Numbered from the stretch's first letter, positions 41,011 through 56,672 are shown. The stretch: 64,000 nt of DNA from Eledone cirrhosa (GCA_964016885.1 OZ024740.1:167772001-167836000), one strand, 5' to 3'. Program-made: numbers and translations. The notes: generated by a model from the letters alone, not told the origin.

Positions 41011-42104
41011 ACATGGTCCTGATTTGATCGTATGACCTGAGTTGATGAATTTGATAAATTTAATATCCTTTGCCATAAACTTGTTACTTCTTTAGCGATT
41101 TCTTTATACGTCCTTTCCTTGCTTTGATGGATGCTCCAAGGAACTGATAGCGACAAACTATTTGTATTTTGAGTGGTATTCTGCTTTTATTTACCAGTGA
41201 TTGTTCTTCTTGTGGATGAGATCTTTTCTTATGTGATTCTTGAAATCTTATGGAATTCTTCGTTCAGCTCTTTTTCTTACTTTCGGTGGTAGAAGCACGT
41301 TTTATGCTTAAAATTGAATACTTGGAAATCTTTCAGCAAATCAACAGCTTGCCTTCTCAATCAGGAAGTTTGTATACTTTGGAAGAAAGAAAGATATTTG
41401 ATCACAAACACACTTTTCCCAATAGCCTTATCTGAATGACAACCCAACCAGTGCTCACGCTTATATAATCTGACAAATAGCACGCCATAAATTTTCAGCG
41501 AATGCTAGAAGGCTCAAAAAAACTCTAGAAGATTCCATAAAGTTCTAGGAGGCGCCAGAAAATCATAGTACTACTATAGTTATAAACGGTTTTAGAAATA
41601 TCGTATATATATATATATATATATTGATTTTTTCTGATTGACTTTCCTGAGGTTTTATCGACTAATTTGTTAACTCTCTTGACAACCAAGGGGTTGTGTT
41701 AGTATTAGTAACTTGTGCATGCGTATTGCGCTTGGCTGTTGAGGTTGGATCGCCGTCAGCAGGTTCCAGATCCTTTCTAACCTTGACGACGAAGGATCAG
41801 GCATCTTCCAAAAAGGAAGCTATCACTTAATCGCTATCCTGTTCCTTTAAGACGACGGTTACAGTGTACCTTTTAATTTGCTGAGTCAATTTAATGTCCG
41901 GCATTATTTATCTGAAAAAAAAAATAGTAGTAAGAAAGTGAGAGCTCTAGAAAGAGGTGTCCTAAAAAAAACTCACGCACCCTGTTTATATAAAGTTATA
42001 TCTATATAAATGCAGAGTTTGTATATAAATATACACATCTTTAACTCTAGACATGTGGACATGCCAGAAAATACGAATTTCCCTGTAAATTGAAATAATG
42101 TTAA

Positions 42105-42153
42105 ACACCTTTAATCGATTTTCGAATCTAATTGGATCCTCTTCAGAAGGCGT
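42105..42153 (-). ncRNA. Type I hammerhead ribozyme (minimal, palindromic stem III)
   Basis: ACGCCTT-CTGAAGA-GGATC(CAATTA)GATTC-GAAA-ATCGAT-TA^AAGGTGT. Confidence 0.8.
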
Positions 42154-42345
42154 GTCTATCATACATTCAACTACAAGGTAACATGGTAACATGAGTATAA
42201 ATATACATTCATTCTTAGTATTCTGAAACGATCATACTAATATGTATATAATTAGCGCTCGTGTTGATAATTAATTAAGATACATATATTTAGAAGTGCG
42301 CTATGTATACACGTGTATCTGTGAGTTATTGTGGGCGTACATGCT

Positions 42346-42415
<70 letters not shown>

Positions 42416-42418
<3 letters not shown>

Positions 42419-42915
42419 GGAAAAAATGAAACGACATTTCATTTCCCACTTTTAGTACGGCTGTTACTTAAATATAAGTATGTACACGTACATACATATA
42501 TGTATACAGACGTATAGTAGTATGTATATATATATACATACATGCACACATATATATATGTACGTATGGATTCACCGAACATTTATTATAATGCTCGGTG
42601 TGTTTGTAAACAAACATCCCGTATTAAGCCGTAGTGTCTAGCAACCATCGTTGCTCGTTTGTTCAACACTGATAAAGGAACGCTGTACTAGTTTCAAGCT
42701 TATTAGCTATCGTCAGCAACGTATACCTTCCTGCCAGATTGTTGAACGTATATACTTACCTTATGCATATTAACGGCTGAGTAGCCCAATTTGCATATCG
42801 AGTGGGTTAATCGGCCGGGTGCACCGAAAACGATTAACGGAAAAAATGAAACGTAATTTCATTTCCCACTCTTAGTACGGCTGTTACTTAAATATATGTA
42901 TGTACAAGTATGTAT
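42416..42915 (-). mobile_element. Partial-tandem HHR-bearing unit (period 420 bp) inside (TA)n
   Basis: AACGGAAAAAATGAAACG...GTACGGCTGTTACTTAAATATA at 42416 and 42836; HHR between them. Confidence 0.75.
42680..42722 (-). ncRNA. Type I hammerhead ribozyme (minimal)
   Basis: ACGTTG-CTGACGA-tAGCT(AATA)AGCTt-GAAA-CTAG-TA^CAGCGT. Confidence 0.8.
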
Positions 42916-43668
42916 ATATATATATATATATATATGGTGTATTTGAATTGCTATCGCATGCGAATTATATCCTATTTTCTCGAAAATGAAGTGGATACTG
43001 GTTCATGTATACCTAGATACCTTCTATATTGAATAGATAACATACTTATGGCTGAAAAGTATTTATACATTTAGTAAGAACTAAATAATAACAAACAACA
43101 TAATACTAAATAGCCACGATTTAATGCATTTTAGAAATAAATGTTTTACATAATCGGCACGTGGAAAGGAATGGACACTTTTTGGTTCTGATGATGAGTT
43201 CTTCAATCGTTCGATCAATGGACAGTCTGCACTAGAAACTAATGTGTAATTGACTGAGCACAGGTTTCCATTTTCCTTCTACACAATATCACTCACTGTC
43301 GTTCCGAGTCTATGGTACATGATGCTTGCCCAAGATGCCAAGCAGTGGGATAGAACAAGGGGCCTAATAATTGTGAGACTAACTTTTAAACATTCGGCCA
43401 TGCTACGGAAATAGTTAGGCAGCTGATCCTTCAATGTAATAACATAATTTATACTACAAACAGCTATTTGAAGAGATTGAATGAAATTTAACAGCGAAAT
43501 AAGGAGCAGCAACCTGGTATCGAAGCTAAAAGACGTTGTTTATTATAAAGCAATTAACACAATTTCACAATTGAAACAAATTTGCAGATAGAGGTTGCTT
43601 ACTGAATTATCTGTCAATAATTTTTTACTCTTAAACATGAAGCCACAAGCTAATAAGATGATAATACA

Positions 43669-43899
43669 CAGACCTGTCAATAATTCTCCCCGTCGGACGG
43701 GGAGATCTCATCCCCCCCCCCCACACACACACACCCACACACACACACACACCTTTGGGTGGGTGAGAGATGTCTTCTCTGTGAAAATAGGTATAGCTTT
43801 TATTATGTAAAACTCCCCATTTTGCCACATCTCTCCCCGTTTTGGGGCCCTTGTTTTCATAGTAGTCCCCGTTTCGGTTTTTAGAGGTTGGCAGCTCTG
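43669..43899. mobile_element. MITE-like element, copy 2
   Basis: Imperfect TIRs CAGACCTGTCAA...TTGGCAGCTCTG; internal CTCCCCGTCGGACGGGGAG hairpin shared with 11800-11973. Confidence 0.6.
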
Positions 43900-46426
43900 A
43901 ATATATTTGTACGATATTCCTATCTCTCTTGTAGACATTACGGATTTTTGAGAAGTGAATTTCCTTCAACGAACATTCGAAAAAGCATTACAAATTTTTA
44001 AGACTAGCGCTGTTGATGTTTCTTCGGAAACCGTCATACAAAACTTTAGTAGACTTAGTTATAACTGTCTATCAGTTTTGTGTTTTGTAACTTTTTTTAA
44101 ATATCGACAATAGGTTTCTGTCTGGAAATTATGTTTAGAAGTAAAAAAAATGAATACGATTAAAAGCAAATATTTTGCACAATGATTTACAAGCATAAGA
44201 TTAAATGTTGAAAAAAAAGAACTGAGCTATTTTTTAATATCTAGTTGATATTGATCTATATATGGAATTTCATTTACAAAGTGGCTTGGTGTTATGAATG
44301 TAATAAATGTTATAGACAAACTAAAATGTATTCATCAGACATTTTCTAGATACATATATAACAGCTTCTGTATATAAATACATACATCTACGAGCATAGA
44401 ACCAAAAATGACGCTCATGTATAAAGAAATGGTTGTATTTTTCATCGCTAGTATCAAATAAACCTTTTACTCAAAATCAATGCTCACTCGAAACAGACTT
44501 GAATTACCCATGTAAATTATCATTATAAGTAACATGGCTAGACACTAAAATAATACAAACAAGTAGACATCGAAAACAAATTAAAACGTTTACATTAGAT
44601 TTCGTAAATACGAACAGTAGCTTGAATAAACTAATAACTTCGATAGCAAACCTTGTAAATCTTATACAAAGGCAACAAAAAAATCAATTATGTAGATATA
44701 TTAAAAGACTTACACACACTTATGTCATAATGAATTAGTATCGAAGACATTATGGATATTTAAAACATTAGGAAATTTAGAAATTTGAATTGTGTTTGTC
44801 CCAAAGGATATGATAATATTAAAATTCCATCAATATAAATATTAGTAGAGGAAAGTGAATAATACTCCCTGGTGAGGATTGGAGAGTAGTTAATGTTAGC
44901 GCCCGGCATCCGACAGATAGAGCGTTCGATTCGTCGCAGGCACGTCTGACGACATTTTTCCCATCTCCAAGGGTACTTAACTCGATTTTCTCAACTATTG
45001 TTTATAATAAACGATTCACACATTGGTTTCTCATCCTCTTCCGCCAGTATTCTGTTGCTAGTTTGATGTTTATGGATGAATTAGGAAACAACTATAAATC
45101 GTAGAATTTCGTCATTTGTTCTCTATTTTGTCTTTCTCCTCACTTGTACTTCATCACCGTTCTGCTGTCTAGTTATGAGTATATTTGCTTTCGTATATCC
45201 ACCTTACAGCATAGCCACGCACAATTTTCCAAATAGCAGTTATCCTACCTGTCAGATCTCTAACTTAATATGCTACACATATACGACGAACTCTTGCAAG
45301 GTTTCCGTTTATGGAATTTATCTCACGTGACGTTGGTCATCATGACGGTATGGTAAAAGTTATTTACCTAGAGTGTTGCGCAGTGGGGTCAAATAGAGAA
45401 TCACCTAACATTGAATCAGACTTCCTAATCCCACATTATTATGCCACGTGTATAACATCCTATATGAATACACTCTGGAAGATATGAAATTAGACCTATC
45501 TCAATGTTGTAAACGTCTCCCTATGTTATCAATATTATTTTCACACGTACATTATTTTTCGCGATATCTTATACAATTCCTAGATATATAGATCGTACTA
45601 TAAGATTATGTTGGAGTAAACAATGCAAAGTATACTGAAAATCCCTCATCACAACCTCTACAAAAATTAACAAGTTGGAGCAGCAATAATAAGTTTGGCC
45701 AAGGAATAAAACAAATCAGCTTTATGAAAATTTGTTATCGGACAGATAAAGATAACGAATAGAAATGGTAATTTTAATTGTTATTGTTGTTGTTACCACT
45801 GTCATTGACATTATCATCGCTATTTTGGCATTCCTACTATGTTGTTCCCCTTCCAGAAGATTTGAGCTGAGAATTGCAAGTGGGCAAATCATCAGTGTAT
45901 GTCATCTACTTTGTTATGCGTATTTTTAATCCAAAGTAAGGGTCATAATTGCTAAAGTTTTCTTTCTCTTTTTCTTCTCTTTTGCTTCTCTTTTTCTTCT
46001 CTTTTTCTTCTCTTTTTCTTCTAACGATAAAGGAATCAATTTTGCATACAACACGATGGCTTCATTTCTAGACCAGATTCTTGGTTGTATGTGATTAAAT
46101 ACTAGAAATGTCAATCGTAAGAAGTTTGGCGTCAATGGACAACTACGAAGGGGAAGGTGAGGGAATTGATTTTTATATTTACAGAATGCGTCTGTTCAAA
46201 ATGAAGAGATTTGTCAGCATATGGAAAACATCGTTCGAGAAGTTCGTCTTTTAATTTACTCAATCTCCTCTGTAATCAATTAACAATCCAGTAACAGATA
46301 AACAAAATTAAAAAAATCCAGTAACCTTACCTACACACATACGCTTACACGTGTTGTGTCTACAGCTGTCTATTGATATTTTAATCAAGATATATATATA
46401 GATATATATATATGCCATTCACATAG

Positions 46427-46493
<67 letters not shown>

Positions 46494-46523
46494 ATTTATA
46501 TAGTAGATATATATATATATATG

Positions 46524-46592
<69 letters not shown>

Positions 46593-46608
46593 TATATATG
46601 TGTGTGAA

Positions 46609-47798
<1,190 letters not shown>

Positions 47799-47909
47799 TT
47801 CCAGTTCCTCAGTGAAATAACAACCCGACCAGGAACTGGGCATATCAGAGTATTGACAATATTATACACCTCAACAACATATGTACTTGTCTATACCACA
47901 CTAATTCGG

Positions 47910-47964
47910 ACTGCCTGAAGAGGTCACAGCCAAAGATGGCTGTCACTGAAATATATATAGCACC
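47910..47964 (+). ncRNA. Type I hammerhead ribozyme, stem I partly mutated
   Basis: Same core as 39639-39693, but the 3' arm is GCACC instead of GCAGT; within family fragment 47799-48011. Confidence 0.7.
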
Positions 47965-48005
47965 AATAAACGAAGCTAAATTTTAAACATTTGACTTTTT
48001 ATTTA

Positions 48006-48032
<27 letters not shown>

Positions 48033-48044
<12 letters not shown>

Positions 48045-51000
48045 GATCGAGTATCGAAAAATCGGCGCACGAGTTAACGAAAAACGAAATCCGATATGAG
48101 CGGCAGAGGGCTCAATAATTCAGATGAATCAGAGCTATAACTATCGTTAAAATACCGTCACATATAGAACAAGTCTACAATCAACCATACGATTTAAAAT
48201 CGATAAAGGAAGATTCGGGCCAAACAGATAAAAAATATCAATAAAACAATACGTCAATAATTTAAATGAATGTAAAATCATACCCGGACCCACTAGAAAG
48301 GTGTTAAATCTAGCTTCATGGGTTTCTGTAAATCCTTAGACAGTACTCTATCAGCTCACATATAAATATAAAAGCCTACTAGAATAAGTGGAATGGAGTT
48401 TACGTTGTCAACGAGTTTTATCCTGGCGGCAAAGGAGTCAACTAGCGGTGAAAAACGCACATGGCATTAGATAGGGGAGATGACCCCTATATCCGCGAAA
48501 ATAATTCGAGTGAATGTGGAAATACACATATCGAATTAGAGTGCTCAATAGACATGTTAAAATAAAACAAAAGCTATTCATCACTCAATAGAATCGACAA
48601 AATATGAGCAATAAAATTAACTGGTGGATAGCTATGTCCAGAGCTAAATATATTAGAAAGATCGAGTATCGAAAAATCGGCGCACGAGTTAACGAAAAAC
48701 GAAATCCGATATGAGCGGCAGAGGGCTCAATAATTCAGATGAATCAGAGCTATAACTATCGTTAAAATACCGTCACATATAGAACAAGTCTACAATCAAC
48801 CATACGATTTAAAATCGATAAAGGAAGATTCGGGCCAAACAGATAAAAAATATCAATAAAACAATACGTCAATAATTTAAATGAATGTAAAATCATACCC
48901 GGACCCACTAGAAAGGTGTTAAATCTAGCTTCATGGGTTTCTGTAAATCCTTAGACAGTACTCTATCAGCTCACATATAAATATAAAAGCCTACTAGAAT
49001 AAGTGGAATGGAGTTTACGTTGTCAACGAGTTTTATCCTGGCGGCAAAGGAGTCAACTAGCGGTGAAAAACGCACATGGCATTAGATAGGGGAGATGACC
49101 CCTATATCCGCGAAAATAATTCGAGTGAATGTGGAAATACACATATCGAATTAGAGTGCTCAATAGACATGTTAAAATAAAACAAAAGCTATTCATCACT
49201 CAATAGAATCGACAAAATATGAGCAATAAAATTAACTGGTGGATAGCTATGTCCAGAGCTAAATATATTAGAAAGATCGAGTATCGAAAAATCGGCGCAC
49301 GAGTTAACGAAAAACGAAATCCGATATGAGCGGCAGAGGGCTCAATAATTCAGATGAATCAGAGCTATAACTATCGTTAAAATACCGTCACATATAGAAC
49401 AAGTCTACAATCAACCATACGATTTAAAATCGATAAAGGAAGATTCGGGCCAAACAGATAAAAAATATCAATAAAACAATACGTCAATAATTTAAATGAA
49501 TGTAAAATCATACCCGGACCCACTAGAAAGGTGTTAAATCTAGCTTCATGGGTTTCTGTAAATCCTTAGACAGTACTCTATCAGCTCACATATAAATATA
49601 AAAGCCTACTAGAATAAGTGGAATGGAGTTTACGTTGTCAACGAGTTTTATCCTGGCGGCAAAGGAGTCAACTAGCGGTGAAAAACGCACATGGCATTAG
49701 ATAGGGGAGATGACCCCTATATCCGCGAAAATAATTCGAGTGAATGTGGAAATACACATATCGAATTAGAGTGCTCAATAGACATGTTAAAATAAAACAA
49801 AAGCTATTCATCACTCAATAGAATCGACAAAATATGAGCAATAAAATTAACTGGTGGATAGCTATGTCCAGAGCTAAATATATTAGAAAGATCGAGTATC
49901 GAAAAATCGGCGCACGAGTTAACGAAAAACGAAATCCGATATGAGCGGCAGAGGGCTCAATAATTCAGATGAATCAGAGCTATAACTATCGTTAAAATAC
50001 CGTCACATATAGAACAAGTCTACAATCAACCATACGATTTAAAATCGATAAAGGAAGATTCGGGCCAAACAGATAAAAAATATCAATAAAACAATACGTC
50101 AATAATTTAAATGAATGTAAAATCATACCCGGACCCACTAGAAAGGTGTTAAATCTAGCTTCATGGGTTTTTGTAAATCCTTAGACAGTACTCTATCAGC
50201 TCACATATAAATATAAAAGCCTACTAGAATAAGTGGAATGGAGTTTACGTTGTCAACGAGTTTTATCCTGGCGGCAAAGGAGTCAACTAGCGGTGAAAAA
50301 CGCACATGGCATTAGATAGGGGAGATGACCCCTATATCCGCGAAAATAATTCGAGTGAATGTGGAAATACACATATCGAATTAGAGTGCTCAATAGACAT
50401 GTTAAAATAAAACAAAAGCTATTCATCACTCAATAGAATCGACAAAATATGAGCAATAAAATTAACTGGTGGATAGCTATGTCCAGAGCTAAATATATTA
50501 GAAAGATCGAGTATCGAAAAATCGGCGCACGAGTTAACGAAAAACGAAATCCGATATGAGCGGCAGAGGGCTCAATAATTCAGATGAATCAGAGCTATAA
50601 CTATCGTTAAAATACCGTCACATATAGAACAAGTCTACAATCAACCATACGATTTAAAATCGATAAAGGAAGATTCGGGCCAAACAGATAAAAAATATCA
50701 ATAAAACAATACGTCAATAATTTAAATGAATGTAAAATCATACCCGGACCCACTAGAAAGGTGTTAAATCTAGCTTCATGGGTTTCTGTAAATCCTTAGA
50801 CAGTACTCTATCAGCTCACATATAAATATAAAAGCCTACTAGAATAAGTGGAATGGAGTTTACGTTGTCAACGAGTTTTATCCTGGCGGCAAAGGAGTCA
50901 ACTAGCGGTGAAAAACGCACATGGCATTAGATAGGGGAGATGACCCCTATATCCGCGAAAATAATTCGAGTGAATGTGGAAATACACATATCGAATTAGA

Positions 51001-54000
51001 GTGCTCAATAGACATGTTAAAATAAAACAAAAGCTATTCATCACTCAATAGAATCGACAAAATATGAGCAATAAAATTAACTGGTGGATAGCTATGTCCA
51101 GAGCTAAATATATTAGAAAGATCGAGTATCGAAAAATCGGCGCACGAGTTAACGAAAAACGAAATCCGATATGAGCGGCAGAGGGCTCAATAATTCAGAT
51201 GAATCAGAGCTATAACTATCGTTAAAATACCGTCACATATAGAACAAGTCTACAATCAACCATACGATTTAAAATCGATAAAGGAAGATTCGGGCCAAAC
51301 AGATAAAAAATATCAATAAAACAATACGTCAATAATTTAAATGAATGTAAAATCATACCCGGACCCACTAGAAAGGTGTTAAATCTAGCTTCATGGGTTT
51401 CTGTAAATCCTTAGACAGTACTCTATCAGCTCACATATAAATATAAAAGCCTACTAGAATAAGTGGAATGGAGTTTACGTTGTCAACGAGTTTTATCCTG
51501 GCGGCAAAGGAGTCAACTAGCGGTGAAAAACGCACATGGCATTAGATAGGGGAGATGACCCCTATATCCGCGAAAATAATTCGAGTGAATGTGGAAATAC
51601 ACATATCGAATTAGAGTGCTCAATAGACATGTTAAAATAAAACAAAAGCTATTCATCACTCAATAGAATCGACAAAATATGAGCAATAAAATTAACTGGT
51701 GGATAGCTATGTCCAGAGCTAAATATATTAGAAAGATCGAGTATCGAAAAATCGGCGCACGAGTTAACGAAAAACGAAATCCGATATGAGCGGCAGAGGG
51801 CTCAATAATTCAGATGAATCAGAGCTATAACTATCGTTAAAATACCGTCACATATAGAACAAGTCTACAATCAACCATACGATTTAAAATCGATAAAGGA
51901 AGATTCGGGCCAAACAGATAAAAAATATCAATAAAACAATACGTCAATAATTTAAATGAATGTAAAATCATACCCGGACCCACTAGAAAGGTGTTAAATC
52001 TAGCTTCATGGGTTTCTGTAAATCCTTAGACAGTACTCTATCAGCTCACATATAAATATAAAAGCCTACTAGAATAAGTGGAATGGAGTTTACGTTGTCA
52101 ACGAGTTTTATCCTGGCGGCAAAGGAGTCAACTAGCGGTGAAAAACGCACATGGCATTAGATAGGGGAGATGACCCCTATATCCGCGAAAATAATTCGAG
52201 TGAATGTGGAAATACACATATCGAATTAGAGTGCTCAATAGACATGTTAAAATAAAACAAAAGCTATTCATCACTCAATAGAATCGACAAAATATGAGCA
52301 ATAAAATTAACTGGTGGATAGCTATGTCCAGAGCTAAATATATTAGAAAGATCGAGTATCGAAAAATCGGCGCACGAGTTAACGAAAAACGAAATCCGAT
52401 ATGAGCGGCAGAGGGCTCAATAATTCAGATGAATCAGAGCTATAACTATCGTTAAAATACCGTCACATATAGAACAAGTCTACAATCAACCATACGATTT
52501 AAAATCGATAAAGGAAGATTCGGGCCAAACAGATAAAAAATATCAATAAAACAATACGTCAATAATTTAAATGAATGTAAAATCATACCCGGACCCACTA
52601 GAAAGGTGTTAAATCTAGCTTCATGGGTTTCTGTAAATCCTTAGACAGTACTCTATCAGCTCACATATAAATATAAAAGCCTACTAGAATAAGTGGAATG
52701 GAGTTTACGTTGTCAACGAGTTTTATCCTGGCGGCAAAGGAGTCAACTAGCGGTGAAAAACGCACATGGCATTAGATAGGGGAGATGACCCCTATATCCG
52801 CGAAAATAATTCGAGTGAATGTGGAAATACACATATCGAATTAGAGTGCTCAATAGACATGTTAAAATAAAACAAAAGCTATTCATCACTCAATAGAATC
52901 GACAAAATATGAGCAATAAAATTAACTGGTGGATAGCTATGTCCAGAGCTAAATATATTAGAAAGATCGAGTATCGAAAAATCGGCGCACGAGTTAACGA
53001 AAAACGAAATCCGATATGAGCGGCAGAGGGCTCAATAATTCAGATGAATCAGAGCTATAACTATCGTTAAAATACCGTCACATATAGAACAAGTCTACAA
53101 TCAACCATACGATTTAAAATCGATAAAGGAAGATTCGGGCCAAACAGATAAAAAATATCAATAAAACAATACGTCAATAATTTAAATGAATGTAAAATCA
53201 TACCCGGACCCACTAGAAAGGTGTTAAATCTAGCTTCATGGGTTTCTGTAAATCCTTAGACAGTACTCTATCAGCTCACATATAAATATAAAAGCCTACT
53301 AGAATAAGTGGAATGGAGTTTACGTTGTCAACGAGTTTTATCCTGGCGGCAAAGGAGTCAACTAGCGGTGAAAAACGCACATGGCATTAGATAGGGGAGA
53401 TGACCCCTATATCCGCGAAAATAATTCGAGTGAATGTGGAAATACACATATCGAATTAGAGTGCTCAATAGACATGTTAAAATAAAACAAAAGCTATTCA
53501 TCACTCAATAGAATCGACAAAATATGAGCAATAAAATTAACTGGTGGATAGCTATGTCCAGAGCTAAATATATTAGAAAGATCGAGTATCGAAAAATCGG
53601 CGCACGAGTTAACGAAAAACGAAATCCGATATGAGCGGCAGAGGGCTCAATAATTCAGATGAATCAGAGCTATAACTATCGTTAAAATACCGTCACATAT
53701 AGAACAAGTCTACAATCAACCATACGATTTAAAATCGATAAAGGAAGATTCGGGCCAAACAGATAAAAAATATCAATAAAACAATACGTCAATAATTTAA
53801 ATGAATGTAAAATCATACCCGGACCCACTAGAAAGGTGTTAAATCTAGCTTCATGGGTTTCTGTAAATCCTTAGACAGTACTCTATCAGCTCACATATAA
53901 ATATAAAAGCCTACTAGAATAAGTGGAATGGAGTTTACGTTGTCAACGAGTTTTATCCTGGCGGCAAAGGAGTCAACTAGCGGTGAAAAACGCACATGGC

Positions 54001-54919
54001 ATTAGATAGGGGAGATGACCCCTATATCCGCGAAAATAATTCGAGTGAATGTGGAAATACACATATCGAATTAGAGTGCTCAATAGACATGTTAAAATAA
54101 AACAAAAGCTATTCATCACTCAATAGAATCGACAAAATATGAGCAATAAAATTAACTGGTGGATAGCTATGTCCAGAGCTAAATATATTAGAAAGATCGA
54201 GTATCGAAAAATCGGCGCACGAGTTAACGAAAAACGAAATCCGATATGAGCGGCAGAGGGCTCAATAATTCAGATGAATCAGAGCTATAACTATCGTTAA
54301 AATACCGTCACATATAGAACAAGTCTACAATCAACCATACGATTTAAAATCGATAAAGGAAGATTCGGGCCAAACAGATAAAAAATATCAATAAAACAAT
54401 ACGTCAATAATTTAAATGAATGTAAAATCATACCCGGACCCACTAGAAAGGTGTTAAATCTAGCTTCATGGGTTTCTGTAAATCCTTAGACAGTACTCTA
54501 TCAGCTCACATATAAATATAAAAGCCTACTAGAATAAGTGGAATGGAGTTTACGTTGTCAACGAGTTTTATCCTGGCGGCAAAGGAGTCAACTAGCGGTG
54601 AAAAACGCACATGGCATTAGATAGGGGAGATGACCCCTATATCCGCGAAAATAATTCGAGTGAATGTGGAAATACACATATCGAATTAGAGTGCTCAATA
54701 GACATGTTAAAATAAAACAAAAGCTATTCATCACTCAATAGAATCGACAAAATATGAGCAATAAAATTAACTGGTGGATAGCTATGTCCAGAGCTAAATA
54801 TATTAGAAAGATCGAGTATCGAAAAATCGGCGCACGAGTTAACGAAAAACGAAAACCGATATGAGCGGCAGAGGGCTCAATAATTCAGATGAATCAGAGC
54901 TATAACTATCGTTAAAATA
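48033..54919. repeat. Tandem array, 11.2 copies of a 615-bp unit, flanked by (TA)n
   Basis: GAAAGATCGAG recurs at 48041, 48656, 49271 ... 54806 (step 615). Only two substitutions noticed (50171, 54855). No ORF of 60 aa or more. Confidence 0.98.
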
Positions 54920-54959
54920 TATATATATATTCCAACTCGTGTGTTCCTTCTCCACATTT

Positions 54960-55018
<59 letters not shown>

Positions 55019-55059
55019 AAGCTGACTCGTGAGCGAGTGCGGCCACTTCTTAGAACAAA

Positions 55060-55760
55060 AAAAAAAAAGACATTCGCAAAAATGTATTATTGATGCTGCT
55101 GTCATTGCTGGCGGCTTAGATAGCTCATTAAACCAGGATGCGACGTAGATGCCATACCACACAGTGTGCAGGTATGTTTCCTGCCTGTTTGAGTTTGATA
55201 GGTGTGACATGCTTTGTGATGCCGTGTAAGCCCACATGCAGAGTGACACATTTTGGCAGAGATACCACATGAAGAATCACGTTGTATGGGGTTCTCAAAG
55301 GTGTTGTTTCCATGAGTATGACATCTGCTATGGCTTTATGGTCTAGCCTTTCACATACATCAACCTCCGCATCCCTACTCGCTTCATTTCAGCATAGGCA
55401 CTTATCTTCTTTTCGAATTCCTATACACTGTTAGTAATCAGATTTGGCCATTAGGCTCTATCTGTTGCAAGATTTTCCCATGTTTCGGTGTCGATGTTGA
55501 CCTTCTTCGGGGTATATTTCATGCAGTCTTTCAAGCGCTGGTGGCGTTTGCACTGCAGGCGATTGCCTTGCAACAGTTCCCCATATCATAACTGGCGCTG
55601 TCCTCTAGGCGTACTATGTGACTTGATCACCGGAGAAGCTGTTTCATGATCATGGGCTTGATGCTTGGCAGATAGCAGAAGGCTCGCTTTGCGAATGTAT
55701 ATTTGTCTCACTGCACTCTTTTCCAATGCGGAAGAGAGATCTAGCTTGTTAATCACGGGA
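55060..55760 (-). mobile_element. Decayed 3' end of an RTE-clade LINE
   Basis: Minus-strand translation HIVRLED...IYGELLQGNR...RLKDCMK...NIDTETWENLATDRA.W, the RTE C-terminal signature; A-rich tract near 55057-55068. Confidence 0.7.
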
Positions 55761-55946
55761 CACTGCTACATGGCCTCAACCACGTCGGGATGAACTAAAG
55801 ATGCATGGCTAAGGTGTTCACGCTATCTTGATTTCATCAGGTTTACACGACACTTCGTTTCCATTATTTGACCCCAGTGGGGCAAACTCTGCGGTGGGTG
55901 GGTCATATACTTTGAACAGTTCGTCATATAATGCTTGAAATACAAG

Positions 55947-55948
55947 GC

Positions 55949-56016
<68 letters not shown>

Positions 56017-56036
56017 CAACAGCAGCAGGAGCAGCG

Positions 56037-56100
<64 letters not shown>

Positions 56101-56136
56101 CAACAGCAGCACCAGCAGCACCAATAGTAGTAGTAA

Positions 56137-56201
<65 letters not shown>

Positions 56202-56254
56202 ATAGCAGCAGCAGCAGTAGAAGTAGTAGCAGTAGTAGTAGTAGTAGTAGTAGT

Positions 56255-56334
<80 letters not shown>

Positions 56335-56354
56335 CAGCAGCAGCAGCAGTAGAT

Positions 56355-56408
<54 letters not shown>

Positions 56409-56506
56409 ATAGCAGCAGCAGCAGTAGAAGTAGTAGTAGCAGCAGCAGTAGTAGTAGTAGTAGTAGTAGTAGTAGGAGAAGCAGTAGTATTAGGAGGAGG
56501 AGGAGG

Positions 56507-56559
<53 letters not shown>

Positions 56560-56575
56560 CAACAGCAGCAGGAGT

Positions 56576-56607
<32 letters not shown>

Positions 56608-56619
56608 TAGTAGTAGTAA

Positions 56620-56672
<53 letters not shown>

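Noticed and set aside
44878-44990. tRNA-like sequence with GTTCGATTC
   Set aside because: No cloverleaf could be built; more likely a decayed tRNA-derived SINE head.
48033-54919. CRISPR array or rDNA/5S/snRNA/histone gene cluster
   Set aside because: Units are identical with no unique spacers, the context is eukaryotic, and no rRNA, snRNA, tRNA or histone sequence was recognised. No TG..CA ends or PBS to support an LTR/TRIM call.
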